A DNA stretch of 54,390 nt, counting the filler, from Sluysia triapertura (Eukaryota): the NCBI GenBank assembly GCA_046118255.1. It is 4 parts of 4 records of this genome, joined end to end, with 100 filler letters (N's around TTAATTAATTAA, not from the genome) between each part and the next. Parts side by side here need not be neighbours in the genome. Positions count along the whole stretch, not along the records: positions 18,201 to 28,977 come from JBJNIA010193627.1; positions 29,078 to 41,318 come from JBJNIA010126409.1; 2 more parts are not named here. One strand, given 5' to 3'. Each line of letters begins with the position of its first letter. Position 1 is the first letter of the stretch. Below, piece after piece: positions 25,621 to 38,796 of this stretch. The notes below the pieces were generated by a model. The model had not been told where the DNA came from and searched no databases. It saw only the letters and a program-made list of their open reading frames with translations. The translations under genes and the position numbers were made by a program.

Positions 25621-26667
25621 GTTTGGTTGTGATTCATATTTTAATAAATTATATTAAATAACTAAGTGAATTTGAATAATAATGTTCAAATAACAATGCT
25701 TGTACAATAACATCAGAAATAACATATAAAGTTATTATTTGATTAAATGCTAATTTCTGCTTTTTAACCCCATCAAATAGGACTGAACAGTTGATAAGGA
25801 AGAAATGGTTCTTGAATTTTATAAGTATACTGAAAATTCTATTTGAATCCCAATGATTTCCAACATCTTCGGAATTAGAATTTGTTTCTTATATTTATCT
25901 TGTAATTTAATTTTTTACTGTAATTATACATAACATAGTTTTATATATCTAGTATAAATATCATATTGTTACATATTTATGAACGAAACGATAATCGATA
26001 ATGATGATACCGCAACTCTCACTGTGGTTAATTAATTTAATTAATTTTTTAATACATGATCTTACAACCTTTTATCGTAACGAATTATGCAATCAGATTA
26101 TTAATAATAGACTCTTTCTAGTTTTCGGATAATTGTGTTATTACTTTTAAGTAACTGGTGTTTATGGTCAAATTGAAATGTAAGGAATATGGCATGTTTT
26201 ACACTTCTAAAGATTGTAAAGTTTGTGAATTGAATGTTGAATTCCTTACATGATTTAGCACGGAAATATTTATATTAGGTTAGGATTGATGTGGAATGAT
26301 GTTTGAAATAGATTTTTGTATTGGATATGTGCAATTGTTAAAATTGTAAGGGTTGAATCACCACCACATGCTATTTACAAATGCGCTTATATGTTTTTCA
26401 ATAATAAGAATGAATATTTAAGCAGTATTTTTGAGCTATTCAAATTGTGTTATGTAAAGCTGCGTAATTGTCTAGATAATTTTATAATGATTTTGTCTCA
26501 TTATTGATGACTAGAGAGTTGGATCACCAAGCATTAGTTCTTTTTACTATCATTGTTCATTTCATTACTAAATTATCTTTATCTGTTTTTAATTATCATT
26601 TGGTATTTATCACTATTGTTATTTAATTTAATTATATAATTATCACATTATTTATTTATTTATTTAG

Positions 26668-26735
26668 GTCAAAACTGTCGCACAACAACAAGACGCGAAG
26701 GAAATTCTATATTTACTCAAACAATTTGTAATTAA
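26668..26735 (+). CDS. DNAJB9: DNAJB9 exon 3: C-terminus
   Basis: tatttAG|GT CAA AAC TGT gives GQNCRTTTRREGNSIFTQTICN-TAA, matching the ERdj4 tail CRTVTQRRGN..T.T.C; spliced CDS is 609 nt (202 aa). Confidence 0.9.
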
Positions 26736-27022
26736 AGTTTATTATTATTAATGGTTGTTGTATTACCGCCGTTGCCTTTCTATATAATTTGAAAAGATGT
26801 TCATTTTAAGTATTATTTAAACACATTTTGTTTTAAATTACTGCCAAAACAAATGAAATTTATTTATTTTGTATCACTATTATCAGTAATTAAATAATGC
26901 ATTATTATGGGTTAACAATTCTTCAATGATATTATACTAATTTACCTTCTTTAGTAATTTGATATTGATTATCTTTTTTGACAAATCATTTCAAACTTGA
27001 ATCAAAATGTGTAATGTATTAA

Positions 27023-27093
27023 CACATTATGAGCGGGTATTCTTAAGTACAGTCCATAAAACAGGTAATAATACCCGCCCCGCTCATAATGTG
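27023..27093. mobile_element. piggyBac-type micro-MITE, 71 bp
   Basis: TTAA flanks; perfect 15-bp TIR CACATTATGAGCGGG / CCCGCTCATAATGTG. Confidence 0.85.
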
Positions 27094-28778
27094 TTAATAT
27101 TACTGAAGTTGTACCAAGTGTCCTTATATTTCAATGTTTCTATCTATATTTGATTGATGAAGTTTATATTTTATAGCATTATTTTCTATAATATTCAGTA
27201 AAATAATTAATTTTAATTTTGTATCTTGTAATATTTCTTTGTAATCACATTATGCACATTTCGACTTTATAATTATGACTCGATCAATTGCGTAATTGTA
27301 AATTGTAATAATTCGATTTTAAATTTAATAAACCTATATTTGATCTGTATTAAATATATATTTTTTAAATTAGATTAAGAAGCACATTATTGTTTATAAA
27401 CACTATTAAAATAATTACTATCCGCACTTATATTGAGAAACCATGAATAAATTTAGCCAAAACCTGAATGAAATTTAAGAAATTACAAGATGGGAGTTTT
27501 AACTTTAAAAATTTATGCATTTAAAATAATTTCTGATCACATTTTAAATTCAATATGATGGAATTTTGCGAGTGTTTTTTCGTGATTAAAAGATTATTAT
27601 TTTATTAATTTATACATCATTGTTATGTATAATAACTACAACTTCATTATTTGATAAAGTAAAAGCCGATCGTGCAAGCACAATATTTGATTAAAACTCA
27701 TTTAGATCATGTTCAATCAAATAGATTTACAGATATAATCATTTGTCATATCTTGATCTAAAATTAAAATAATAAGTATTATAAAATGAATAATGACATG
27801 TTTATGTACTATATTTTCACATAAGATGAAAAGGTTTTGAAAACCATAAAATGTTTTGAAGTAACAAAAGTACATAAATTAATTTAATGAAATATGTATT
27901 GCAATATAACTTTGGATTGAGAGGTAATATTGAATGAAAGATGTAAAGTGTTAGTAGAAAAGTTGAAGGTAGCGCAATGAATTATACTTTTACATGTCAA
28001 CAAGTAATTGCATATTTTAGAATAATTGGATGAACTAGAAACATTTACAGAATAAATCGTTATGATGTAACAATTCCGAATTTGATATCTATTTAATCAA
28101 AAAGCGTAACATTGACATATTGAAAATGATTTTCATATGTTAATTTGTTAAAACTAGAAAAGTTGATTAAATGAGGAATTTTTTTCAAATGAGATGTGTT
28201 TATTGAAAAATATGAAGGAACATATAATGTAAAGTAAATTAGTTATATTAATTCTTCTGGAAGGATTTCTGTTAAATGTATATCTACAAGAAAATATATC
28301 GATTTGTATAATACCGATGTGAACGAAGTATACAATAGCAACATCCAAATTGACAAAAATTTCTAGTGTTTAGACATTACTTTGTGATGAACGTCTTGGA
28401 TCTATCAGGATGAAAGGTTAATTTATTTGAGTGTCTATAAGTTCGATGTTTGAACATTACGAATGGGTTAAGATACATTGTGTTGGGGTTGTCAGAAAAT
28501 TAAGTGACTGAAAATATATTGCAGGTTGAAGGTATTAATATTTTATAAAGTTTTACAAAAACTTTAGTGAAGAATAAGGGTTGATATAAGGGTCAAAACT
28601 TAGGATAACGGAATAAGTGAACGTTATTAAAGAACTAAGACGAGGCATTATGATGAACTGCAATAGTAAGATAACTATAGAAAGTATTTGAATCAAAGTA
28701 AAATAATGAGAGATACGAAAAAATAACCCTGTAAAAGGTTTAATTTGTTAAAACGTTAAAGTACATTAGTTAATTAAA

Positions 28779-28922
28779 TTAATTAAAATTTGTTTGATTT
28801 AATAACTCAATGGAAATGCTTGTGTTGGGATTGCCCAACTGAGGATCTGGAGATGAATGAACATATGTAAAATCATGAGATGAGGAAAAAACTGGTACAG
28901 GTGATGGATTAAACATTGTAAA
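28779..28922 (-). CDS. Candidate terminal exon of an unknown convergent gene
   Basis: Pyrimidine tract and AG, then FTMFNPSPVPVFSSSHDFTYVHSSPDPQLGNPNTSISIELLNQTNFN-TAA; no homology recognised. Confidence 0.25.
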   Translation of the reverse strand, partial: FTMFNPSPVPVFSSSHDFTYVHSSPDPQLGNPNTSISIELLNQTNFN

Positions 28923-28977
28923 CTTCGTTGAAATAAGAATCATGAAAGAGAAAACATTTATAATAATCTTAACAGTT

Positions 28978-29077
28978 NNNNNNNNNNNNNNNNNNNNNNN
29001 NNNNNNNNNNNNNNNNNNNNNTTAATTAATTAANNNNNNNNNNNNNNNNNNNNNNNNNNNNNNNNNNNNNNNNNNNN
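28978..29077. other. Artificial assembly spacer N44-TTAATTAATTAA-N44
   Basis: Identical 100-nt structure to 18101-18200. Confidence 0.93.
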
Positions 29078-29454
29078 TTGTTAGCGTTGTTTGAATGCTA
29101 TCATATTCGTGATTTGTAAAGTTTATACTGTGATTGTGATCTGTTTATGAAGTATTTATTGAATGAATGTTGCGAATTGTTTGAGCTGAGCGTAGAAGTT
29201 TGTTATGTTAGAGATGGTTGGGATATTAGTTGATTTGTTGGTGTATATGAGTTAATAAGGTGTTGTGATTGTCAAATGTTGTTTTATGATGTTTGTGTTG
29301 GTGTGATTCGGAAATAAAAAGAATGACTGTTGGGAAAATTGCATTTTGATGTATTTGGTTTATAGATATTCGGTTTTGATAATTTGATTGAGTTTACTAT
29401 AAGTGTTGACCACTACAGCCATTTCCATCCGCATGAAGTAAATCTCCATCATAC

Positions 29455-29867
29455 GTCAGCAAAAATTCGACTGGTAATGGCTAATTGTTCGTAGCGAATT
29501 GGATAGATAGCTTTCGGCCGAACTCCCAGAGTTAATAAATAAAGACTAGTTTCGAGAAATCCAGTGCTGAATCTGGCATGTAAATGTTCATTAAGATCCT
29601 GAACAGATATAGCTCGAAGTTTAAATTTTGATTGTATTGCATCATTCGTTTGTTGACGAGAAGATAATTCAAACAGGAGATGTTCCCAGTAACTTGACTG
29701 AGATAAACTTTTCAGTATAATCAATTGAGTTTGATTTACTTAAATGTTTAATCTGATTCATATATAGTCCTAATTGACGATGGACATTAATACAATCGTC
29801 GCAGAAAACTAATAAAAACTGAATGCCCGGCACTTCACAGCAAAATTTAACATCATCTTGCATGGTT
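29455..29867 (-). pseudogene. Exon-like coding segment with a frameshift; unknown protein
   Basis: cttttctttAG acceptor and GAC|GTATGA donor bracket two overlapping ORFs (29669..29863 and 29449..29724) that could join by a 1-nt shift at an A-run near 29710; GC-richer than flanks. Confidence 0.45.
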
Positions 29868-31789
29868 CTAAAGAAAAGGCTCTTATAAAGGTAAAACGTA
29901 ACATACTATGCAAATTTTGTATTAGAAAACTTCAGATAAAAATTTCTCAACGATTTTAAAATTTGCATACATGAAATCAGTTTTAAAACTTTTTAAACAT
30001 TTTCAAATATTCACAAAAAAGTAAGATATTCAAACATAAAGGAAACTTTTAGAAAATGAAAGCTTATTTTGAAAAAGCATAAATACTACATAAATAATAC
30101 ATTTTCTTATATACGTTATTTTCAAAATATAAATACATATATAAAAAATTAAAATTTCAGATGTGTTGCCAAAAAGGACAAAGAAAACGATATCAGCAAG
30201 AAAAACTATAATTAATTTATAAATAATAAAGCTTTTATATCTTAATGATTTAATTATCTGAATTTTGTAAGTTGAGCGAAATATGATGATGTTACAAGAT
30301 AGATGAAATGTTTATGAATGGGTTTGAAGTGAATTATATTTATACTTATGTCTATGTTTATTAATGAGTGGATTTAACAACAAAAATGATGTGTACAGGT
30401 GTGACACTGCTGTAATAAACGATATGTTTTTATTATGTTTTAATTTTAAAATAATAATTCGCAAACTTTTTATTACAGATTAAAATAAAATACTATAAAC
30501 GTCAAAAGAATTTTACACCGAAAATTCATAAATCAAAATTAATCATGTATATTTATTATTAATTTCAGTTTAAACTATTTTGTGAAATGCACTAATTAAT
30601 AAACCATTTCAAAAATGATGCACAAAATTACGTTAAAGTGTTCATGCAAGCATACTTAATTATCTAGGTTTTTCTAACTAAATTCAATCATATTATTTGA
30701 TTAATATTCGATTTTTTTGATAATAATAATGAATATATTAATGCTTTCTACAACTGCAATATTTATTGCGACTTAAGACAATCACACTTACTAATTTCGA
30801 ACTTTCTTTTACACAATAACAGAATCGTTTTGCGTTTTAAAATTTAAAATAAAACATGATGCACTGTTCCCTTAAGAAGTTGTTCAATCTATCTCTTTAA
30901 ATGTACTAATTGGATCTAAGGTACAATAATGAAAGATATTTCATTTAACGATCATTAATTATCTTACATAAAAATAGTTTTTCGAATGATTTATGTAGAC
31001 TTTTAGTACATAATTAAAAATGCATCAGAAAGCAAAAGGGCTATGTTAATGTTAAAGTAAAAATACCTTGTTGATTTATAAACAATATTTGAGGAAAATC
31101 AAATAAAATAATATTGAATGTTTGCTTTAAAATTTTAAAACACAAACACAATATAAAGAACAAAAATTATTATTCAGAAAATCAATATATAAAGTAAAAA
31201 TTAATATTTAATTAAAAATTAAACAAAACATTATTGGAGAATTTCATTTAATATCAGAATATCATTGATTTATAAATTTATTTGTTGATAATAATAGTAA
31301 TATAAAATGAATAGAAGTAATTAAGTACTTTTTATTTATGTTATTTTTATTAAACTTAGTTTAGTTAGACATAATCAATTATAAATTTTAAAAGTTTTAA
31401 AAGTTTTAATATAACAATTTATTTTTATTTATTTTTATATTTATTTTATATGATTTTACACTGAAGTGCTTTTAATGTTTGTGTTTCATTTACAGTGCCT
31501 ATCTATTAATGATAATAATAGTAAAAATAATAATAATAATAATAATTTGATTGTAGCAATATCTACTGCAAAATAAACACTCAAAAGAGCTTATTATTGG
31601 TTATAGATTATTGGTAATAATATTTCTGAACAGAAAGAACGTTGCCTTTTTCTTAATTATTTCATAATCTTAATTATTTTGATACATAAACGATATATAA
31701 CCTATCATATATCTTATTATCATAATGGATTCTGTATAAATTATTGTTTCTTAATGACATTTATTTTGGTTTTATTATTACTTTTTATT

Positions 31790-32805
31790 ATTTTATTATT
31801 TCCAAGAAATATCCAGGACTTCCACAATGAATTTTACTCGTCTGTTCAATGAAAATCAATATAATTCTTCAAAATGAGGTGTTATATGAGATCTTCTTAC
31901 TTGGAAAATTAGTCTTGCTGATGGATTCATAATTAAATATATTTTAGCATTTTTCTATATGGAATTGAATACAATATACCATTGTTAAAATCTATATTAT
32001 TAGTTATCATCAATGAATATTTAATGCATTTTCGAATATTTGATACTTTTCTTTAATTTATATTTACATTTAATATTACTATTAATACAATTAATATTTT
32101 CTTTCATGCACATTTTTGAATCTACATATCAACCTATACTTTGTAGTGCTACTTCCAGCATTTTACCATCTACAATTAACTTTGTCTCGTTTATTTCACT
32201 ATTGCATATATTTTTATGGCAAAAGATTATAAATTCTTACTTTTCTTAATTGATTTTCAAGTATTTGCATCCAAGTTCCGTTTTATGAACTTAGGTACTA
32301 ATCCTTCTGTTCTTTGAATATTATTTTCAATGATATTGACACATATTTAAACTTCATCAGTATGCAAATATAAGAATGTTAAATGTGATATTATTTAAAA
32401 ATAATGGATCACCGTGTTCAGATATATAACATATACTTTTCACTGGACAGCAATTTTGAACATTATAAAGATTTATTTTCAATAAATCCATAATAAAATT
32501 GAATTATTTTTTTATAAGTTTGGTTGGTATTGAGTCAATTTTTATTAAATCATCTTCATTAATTTTCTTAAATTCAAACTCGTTTATGTTCTTCTTTAGC
32601 ATTTCTAATTTAATATTTGATTTATTAATTCTATTTCGTTTATTTTCCACTTTCGATAAAAACATTTAAAGTCATTTGACTTAATTTTATCATTTTCAAA
32701 ATGATTTTCATTTTGTTTACCAAATAATTTATTTAATAATTTACAGGTACCTTTAATATTTGATTTATTTAGTTCAGATGACTGTGTTTTACTTTCTATT
32801 AGCAT
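31790..32805 (-). mobile_element. Decayed L2-clade LINE ORF2
   Basis: NKSNIKGTCKLLNKLFGK (linker), INETKLIV, and C-terminal NPSARLIFQVRRSHITPHFEELY*FSLNRRVKF (cf. NAAARLIF..SHITPLL..LHWLPV..RIKF). Confidence 0.75.
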
Positions 32806-33019
32806 GGAGTAAAGTATTGAAACATTTATTGAAACATTTATATTTAAAAATAATAGACCGTATTTGAGTGATGCTGTAATAATTTAATCATATCACTTTG
32901 GTTCTTTTTGTTTCTACAAATAATTTTTCTTTTTAATTTTATTCTTACATTAATGCTAAATTGTTTCTTTTGATTTTAATTTTAAAATATTTAGAATAAT
33001 AAAAACGATGAAAAAACAG

Positions 33020-33410
33020 AATGTCAATTAAAGAACAAGCAAAACTTATAAATCTTACAAACTTCTGGAACAATAAGTCATCATTAATTAGCATCACCGT
33101 TTCGAACGAAACATTGGTTTGGTTTTATCCATCGAAATATGCTGTATTAATACGTCAGTGTAGTTTCAGCAAACAGTTCCGACATATATATGGCAATTGT
33201 TTAAACGTATTATTCATGATAATATAATAAATTCTCATTGTTAGATAAATTGAACAAAAAGGCATTTTTCTATAGCTATTGTTTTATTTCTAATTATCTC
33301 TATCAATTTTGATTGTCATTTAATATTCAACATTAATGGCGGTAATAAACCATTCACACCATATAAATGGCGTTCATTTTCATCAAATCTTTTTTAAGAT
33401 TTGGTTTTTA
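33020..33410 (-). pseudogene. Malic enzyme (NAD(P)-dependent) pseudogene fragment
   Basis: KPNLKKD / FDENERHLYGVNGLLPPLMLNIK*Q / IEKCLF / LSNNENLYY / LPYI..VGTVC*NY are collinear with the malic enzyme N-terminus (PRLNKG.AFTLEERQ.LGIHGLLPP..LDKY..RNEKLFY..MPIVYTPTVGLAC); stops and frameshifts. Confidence 0.75.
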
Positions 33411-33899
33411 CGAATCTCTAAGACTACCATTTCATATTCATCATATTTCATTTATTTTGATATAAATTTTTTTACTTAGTTAATATTAATTTTGATAATT
33501 TGTTTTTAAAAATAGTATTTACTGTCACATGTTAGTGGTACATTTAGGTAGAAAATTGTTCACAATAAAAAATATATAATAAGTAAATTACATGTACATA
33601 ATTATAATAATAGTAATTTATAAATATGTTAAAAAGACTAAATCCGTAATCAAAGACGAATTAAACTGCTTTTTATTGCCCTTTAATGTATAAATTTCAA
33701 TATGGATTTCTCAATAAAATTACATTTAAAAAAAAAATAAAAAATACCAGATATTGCAATAATAAATAACTTATTTTTGAATAAATATTTCATTTTAATG
33801 TTTTAATGTATTCTTTTAATTAATGCCACCATATAAGATTTAAATTTCTATTATTCATGGCCTCTTTTACCTACATTTCTAGTTTTTAAAATAATTCAA

Positions 33900-34170
33900 G
33901 AAATAGTGTTAGCAAATGGTCCATATTAATTTTGAAGTCGGCGTAAATACTCTAATATGATGTTCTATCTCGTAGGAATTGTTTGATTCGTATTTAAAAT
34001 GTTAGGCTTCTCAATCTAAATGCGGACATCATCATATATTACCATTGTTCAAACCATAACTGATTGATGTGTTTTTCTTCTGTAAATAATATTTCTGTTG
34101 ACCAGTTAAGGAAACATACATTTGTAAAGCTAGTCGTAGTATTATCATCTTAAAGTTCTATTTTTTTGCT
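33900..34170 (-). mobile_element. Possible Polinton/Maverick-type integrase C-terminal remnant
   Basis: NFKMIILRLA then SFTNVCFLNWSTEIL (cf. KFKVGD.VRIS..F.KGY.PNWSTEIF); strongly degraded. Confidence 0.35.
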
Positions 34171-34464
34171 TTTACATTTAATCGTTTCATTGATTCTACT
34201 TTAGATTTCCTCGATTCTGCATTTTAAGTACTATTTTCTTTATTTTCATTTAATTATTACTTTGTAATTTCATTGTATTGTATCCATGACGTCTTATTTT
34301 TAGTTCACTCCTTTTTATTTGATAACTTGGAAATCTAGTTTGATTTTAAAGTACCTTCAGATAAAGAACAGTTAGATTTTGACATAGAAGTCTTATTATT
34401 TTCTACATCCAACTGAAACGATAGAAGTTTAATGCCATGGACTCTTTCTTATTATCATCTAAAG

Positions 34465-34530
34465 CAGGCGTACGCAAACTTTTTAAGTTACGCCCCCATT
34501 TCAACATATTTATTTTTGGCGCCCCCAACT
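34465..34530. mobile_element. hAT/Charlie-type transposon end (solo TIR)
   Basis: CAGGCGTACGCAAACTTTTT preceded by ATCTAAAG (Charlie-like nTCTAnAn target), with GCCCCC subterminal repeats; partner end not found. Confidence 0.45.
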
Positions 34531-37500
34531 TAATAAAAAATCATAAAGGCACTACAAAAAAAACTTCATAAATAAAATAAACACCTTTTTAATAACAAAA
34601 TATATTTTTCTACTTCGTATAAATAGAAATAGTTCTACTTCTTTAGCAAAAATAAAGAAATAATTAACAAAATTAAATTTTAATGCAATATTATGTCTGT
34701 TAATATGCCACTTCTCTGAAATTGCTGATTAGCTCTTGCATGTATTTGTTCATATTTTTAGTATTTACTTTTCTACGAAAAATACATGACATCGTTTAAA
34801 ATCATATTTGTAAATGTAATTTAGCACAGTCACAATTCGGTCGATAATGAAATAAATTTCATAATAAGAAAGAAAATAAAATGTAACAAGGAAACGTTAA
34901 AATTAAAAAATAATAAATTAACAATAATACAACAACAATAATGTAAGAACAATAATTTTAATAACAATAATACTAAATCTAGATTGTATCTGTGTGTAAA
35001 TGTTAAACTGTTTGTTGTGAAAATACATTGAATTTGCGTTGAATACGTTGTCACGATTGTATCTGTTTTGTTATGTATGTCATTTGGTGATTTGATAAAT
35101 GCGTTATATTTCGTTGAAGTTTAAGATTTTGTTGAGGTTTGATTTTTTTGTATTTTTTATTATTGTTAAATTGAAAATTTGAAATTATATAAAACATATT
35201 AAATCGTGCATTGTTCTCTACTAAAATAATCAAAAATCTATGGTTATAAGGAGTCTTATATATAAATAAATAATTCAATTATTGTAACAAAAATTCACCA
35301 ATAAAAATCATGATGGTAATTTATAAATGTTTACGTTATGAAATATCTGTCAGAAGTACTAAAATGCTACTTAATGGTATAATAAACTTCAACCAGCTAT
35401 CAAAAAATGTCAAAAATTATGAAGTATTTAAAAAAATGAAGTTATTATTATTTATTTATTTTATGTAAGTTATTCGGCACTATATAAATTAATATATTAT
35501 TATTTTTACCATTATTATTAATATTATTATCATTATTAAAAATATTCAAAAATATTATTGATTATGTTGGCACGAAGATATTTCTTATTACATGTTATTC
35601 TGAACTTCTTCTTTCGCAAATAGTGATAACTGAATTGAACTATTAGAAGAATTATGACTGAAGAATAATGCAAAGTTATTTAAAATTTAATTTTTCTTAA
35701 ATTTCTTTATTAAACGTTTAATTTTAATCAAAATCTTTTTGGAGTACATTGAAGATAAAAGATATTTTAAAAGTAACTTTAATGACATTTTATATTTTTA
35801 ATACTTAAATATATAATTTATGTATTTGATTAATATATAATAAATCTTTATGTACTTGTAAAATATTTATCATTAATCTCTTAATCAACATACTTATTTT
35901 AGCTTCGATAATTTCTGAGGTTCGCAAACTAAACAGTTTATTATCAATATATAATGCAAAATGAAAATAAAATTTCCATATAAAAATGTAAAAAATATTT
36001 AATTTTTATTAAAATATATTAATAAATAATAAATAAACTTATTATAAATAATTAATTATAAAATAACAAAAAATATGAAATATTGTAAAAATAGAAAATA
36101 TAATTATTAAATGCACTTTGGCATTAATATAAAACTGCAATGTATCTCATAAAAAATGATGAGAAAACGTTATTTTTTGAATTATGAAGAATTTGAAAAA
36201 TGATTTCCTAATGATGTCATTTTAATTGTAATACAATATTTAAATATATTTAATAATATTATTGCTGGGGGTTTTTCTTAATCTAAAAATCTAACTTTAC
36301 AGCAAAATAAATAATTATTCTGAGTCTGTTTACAGTATACGACTTACTAATGGCGTACCTGTAAAAATTACGTAAAACCAATTATTAGGATTAATCGTAT
36401 AAAAATACTCCTTAACTTAACTTAAACAATAATGGGCAAAATCGTCGTTTATGTCAAATAACTTAAAAAGTAATCATGACCAACGCTAACTTATGGAATA
36501 TCTAAATTAATATAAAAATCAAGCGAATAATTTTTGTATAAAAATGTGTCGTTCCTTATCTCTTTATATTTTAATTTAATGACCGTTAGGACTTTTAGTT
36601 TTTCTCCTAAATTCAATGAAACACTATTGGAATTAATGTTTTTTCGTCAAAAAACTATAGTATAAATTGATCGTGGACTTAAATTTTAATGTTAATATTA
36701 GGACAATTATAATAAAAAACAAAACTTAAAAACTGTCTAATGCTTTTACTACTCAAAATTAAAATTAAAATTAAAATTATTGTAAATTTATAAAATTCAA
36801 TAAAAATGGTTACCAACACAAAAATTTTTATAGGTAATAAATTTATAATAACAATAATAGTTAAATTATAATAATGGTTTAGCCAAAAGACTCTACCCTA
36901 TAATACTGATTTTATAATTGACCTCAGGGCCAACTAAATGTTGAATATTTTATATTTTAGCTTGATTTTATGATTGGTCTTAATGACCAACCGTGAAAAA
37001 CAGTATTTTAAGTTGATTTTTTAGCTTAATGAGAGCTTATACACTTATGTAAATCAAACTGACAGATCAATTAATAATATGGACAGTCCATCTTCAGTAA
37101 TATGGTTTGTATTTGAATTGATTTGTTGAACTGCTACTGCTTGAAAGTGCTATCCCTCTTATCGAATACGTGGGAACATGAGGGATGGATTTGAAACCTT
37201 CATACACGAATGATCTAACAATAATTTTTTGTTGATGATCAGTCGAATGATGACGCGAATAATCTTTTTGTAACTACTTTGTTTATCGAATTGATGAATT
37301 TCAAAATGGCGTAACAATTTTCTTTATGCCTATTTTTTAATGGCGTTTTCTTTATTTTGTATGTCTTTATATATCTTTACAAAGACATCTTTTAACATTT
37401 GATTTACATAAACAAATTTATTTCTCGAAGTTTCTTTTGATCTATTTTTGATTTATAATAATAATTTTAATTATATTATAATTAAAATAATAATTTTTTA

Positions 37501-38796
37501 AAATAATACAATTTTAATAATTTTTTTATAATATTTTCATAATTTTATTTTCACACAAAATCATAAAAAATCAAAAATCAAAAAAAATTTTTTAAACCTT
37601 TACATTATTATGTCAATAATCGATTTTCTAAATATAGTTTGACTAATAGATTTTGATTAATAGATTTTGTCAAAAATAGTCTCAAAATAAATAGTTTAAT
37701 TGACTTATGTTCTAAAAATATATTAATCGATAATTTAACTTTATTGTCGATTTAATTTAATTTATTTTTATTATTATTATTTTTATTTATTATTATTGTT
37801 ATCTTTATTTATTAACGATATTCTTATGATTATTATTATTTTTAAAATCATCAATATTATTTCTAAAATTCTTTTCTTTTAATAAATCAAATTTTATTCG
37901 GTCAAGGTCAAATTAGAAAATACATAAATAGATATGAAATATTCACAAAACTCACAACACTCAACAACTATTGCTATACAAGAGTTATCGCAGCTTTCCT
38001 TTAAAAAATCTAATTACTAAACTTATTTTACAAGGTTCAATATTCGAATTACGTATTCAACTTCTTCGACAAATCAGTCAATCCACGAAATATAATTTCT
38101 TTGACAAAATTTCATTCGGCTTTTAATCGTTAGTTTGAATTGTATAGGTTTTATAATTCATTTTTAATTGATAGAAATTTTATACTTAATTTATTTTTTA
38201 ATTATTTGTATCCCCATTTTTAAGAGGTGTGGAAACAATTAATAAAATAAACATCAAAGATTATATATTAATCTAGTTAAAACTATTATTATTTGTATTA
38301 TCATATTCTTTTTAAAATTCATTAATATATTATCATACTTTTGTCAATTTATTAATATATTCTTTTAAAAATAATTTTGTTGAGTTTTTATCTATTGCTA
38401 AATAAGGTCGCCGATATTAATCGGACGTAAAATATAGGTAATTTATAGTTAACGAAGAGATATGTAATTAAGGCTCAACGTTTTTGAAAGACGGTAGAAA
38501 AATATAACTTAAAATAACATTTGTATTTGAATTAAACATAATAAAAGTTTTTAACTATATTTTGAGCATTTTTTGATTAACATTCAATAACGTTTTAAAA
38601 AAGAACCAAAATTAGCATCGCATAAATCACAACAAAGTTTGCCCAAAAAATATAATTGATTTAACATAAACCTACGTATACCTCCATATAAGTTCTTCTA
38701 AAATACTGCTTACAACTTAGCCATTAAGTGAGTAAGTCTAAGATTGTAAGGGACTCACAGCATAATAAAAACAAAACTTATTAACATATATAAAAC

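Noticed and set aside
11490-26735. Genome-wide TAA/TAG-to-Gln genetic code
   Set aside because: RFC1, DNAJB9, EGF and VWA3-like exons contain no in-frame TAR, use CAA/CAG for Gln, and DNAJB9 ends at TAA where ERdj4 homology ends.
37040-37330. GC-richer minus-strand patch, possible VWA3 or gypsy integrase piece
   Set aside because: Motif matches are too short and are interrupted by stops.
38460-38796. 5' LTR of the gypsy remnant
   Set aside because: Position fits, but there is no second copy or clear TG..CA boundary to confirm it.
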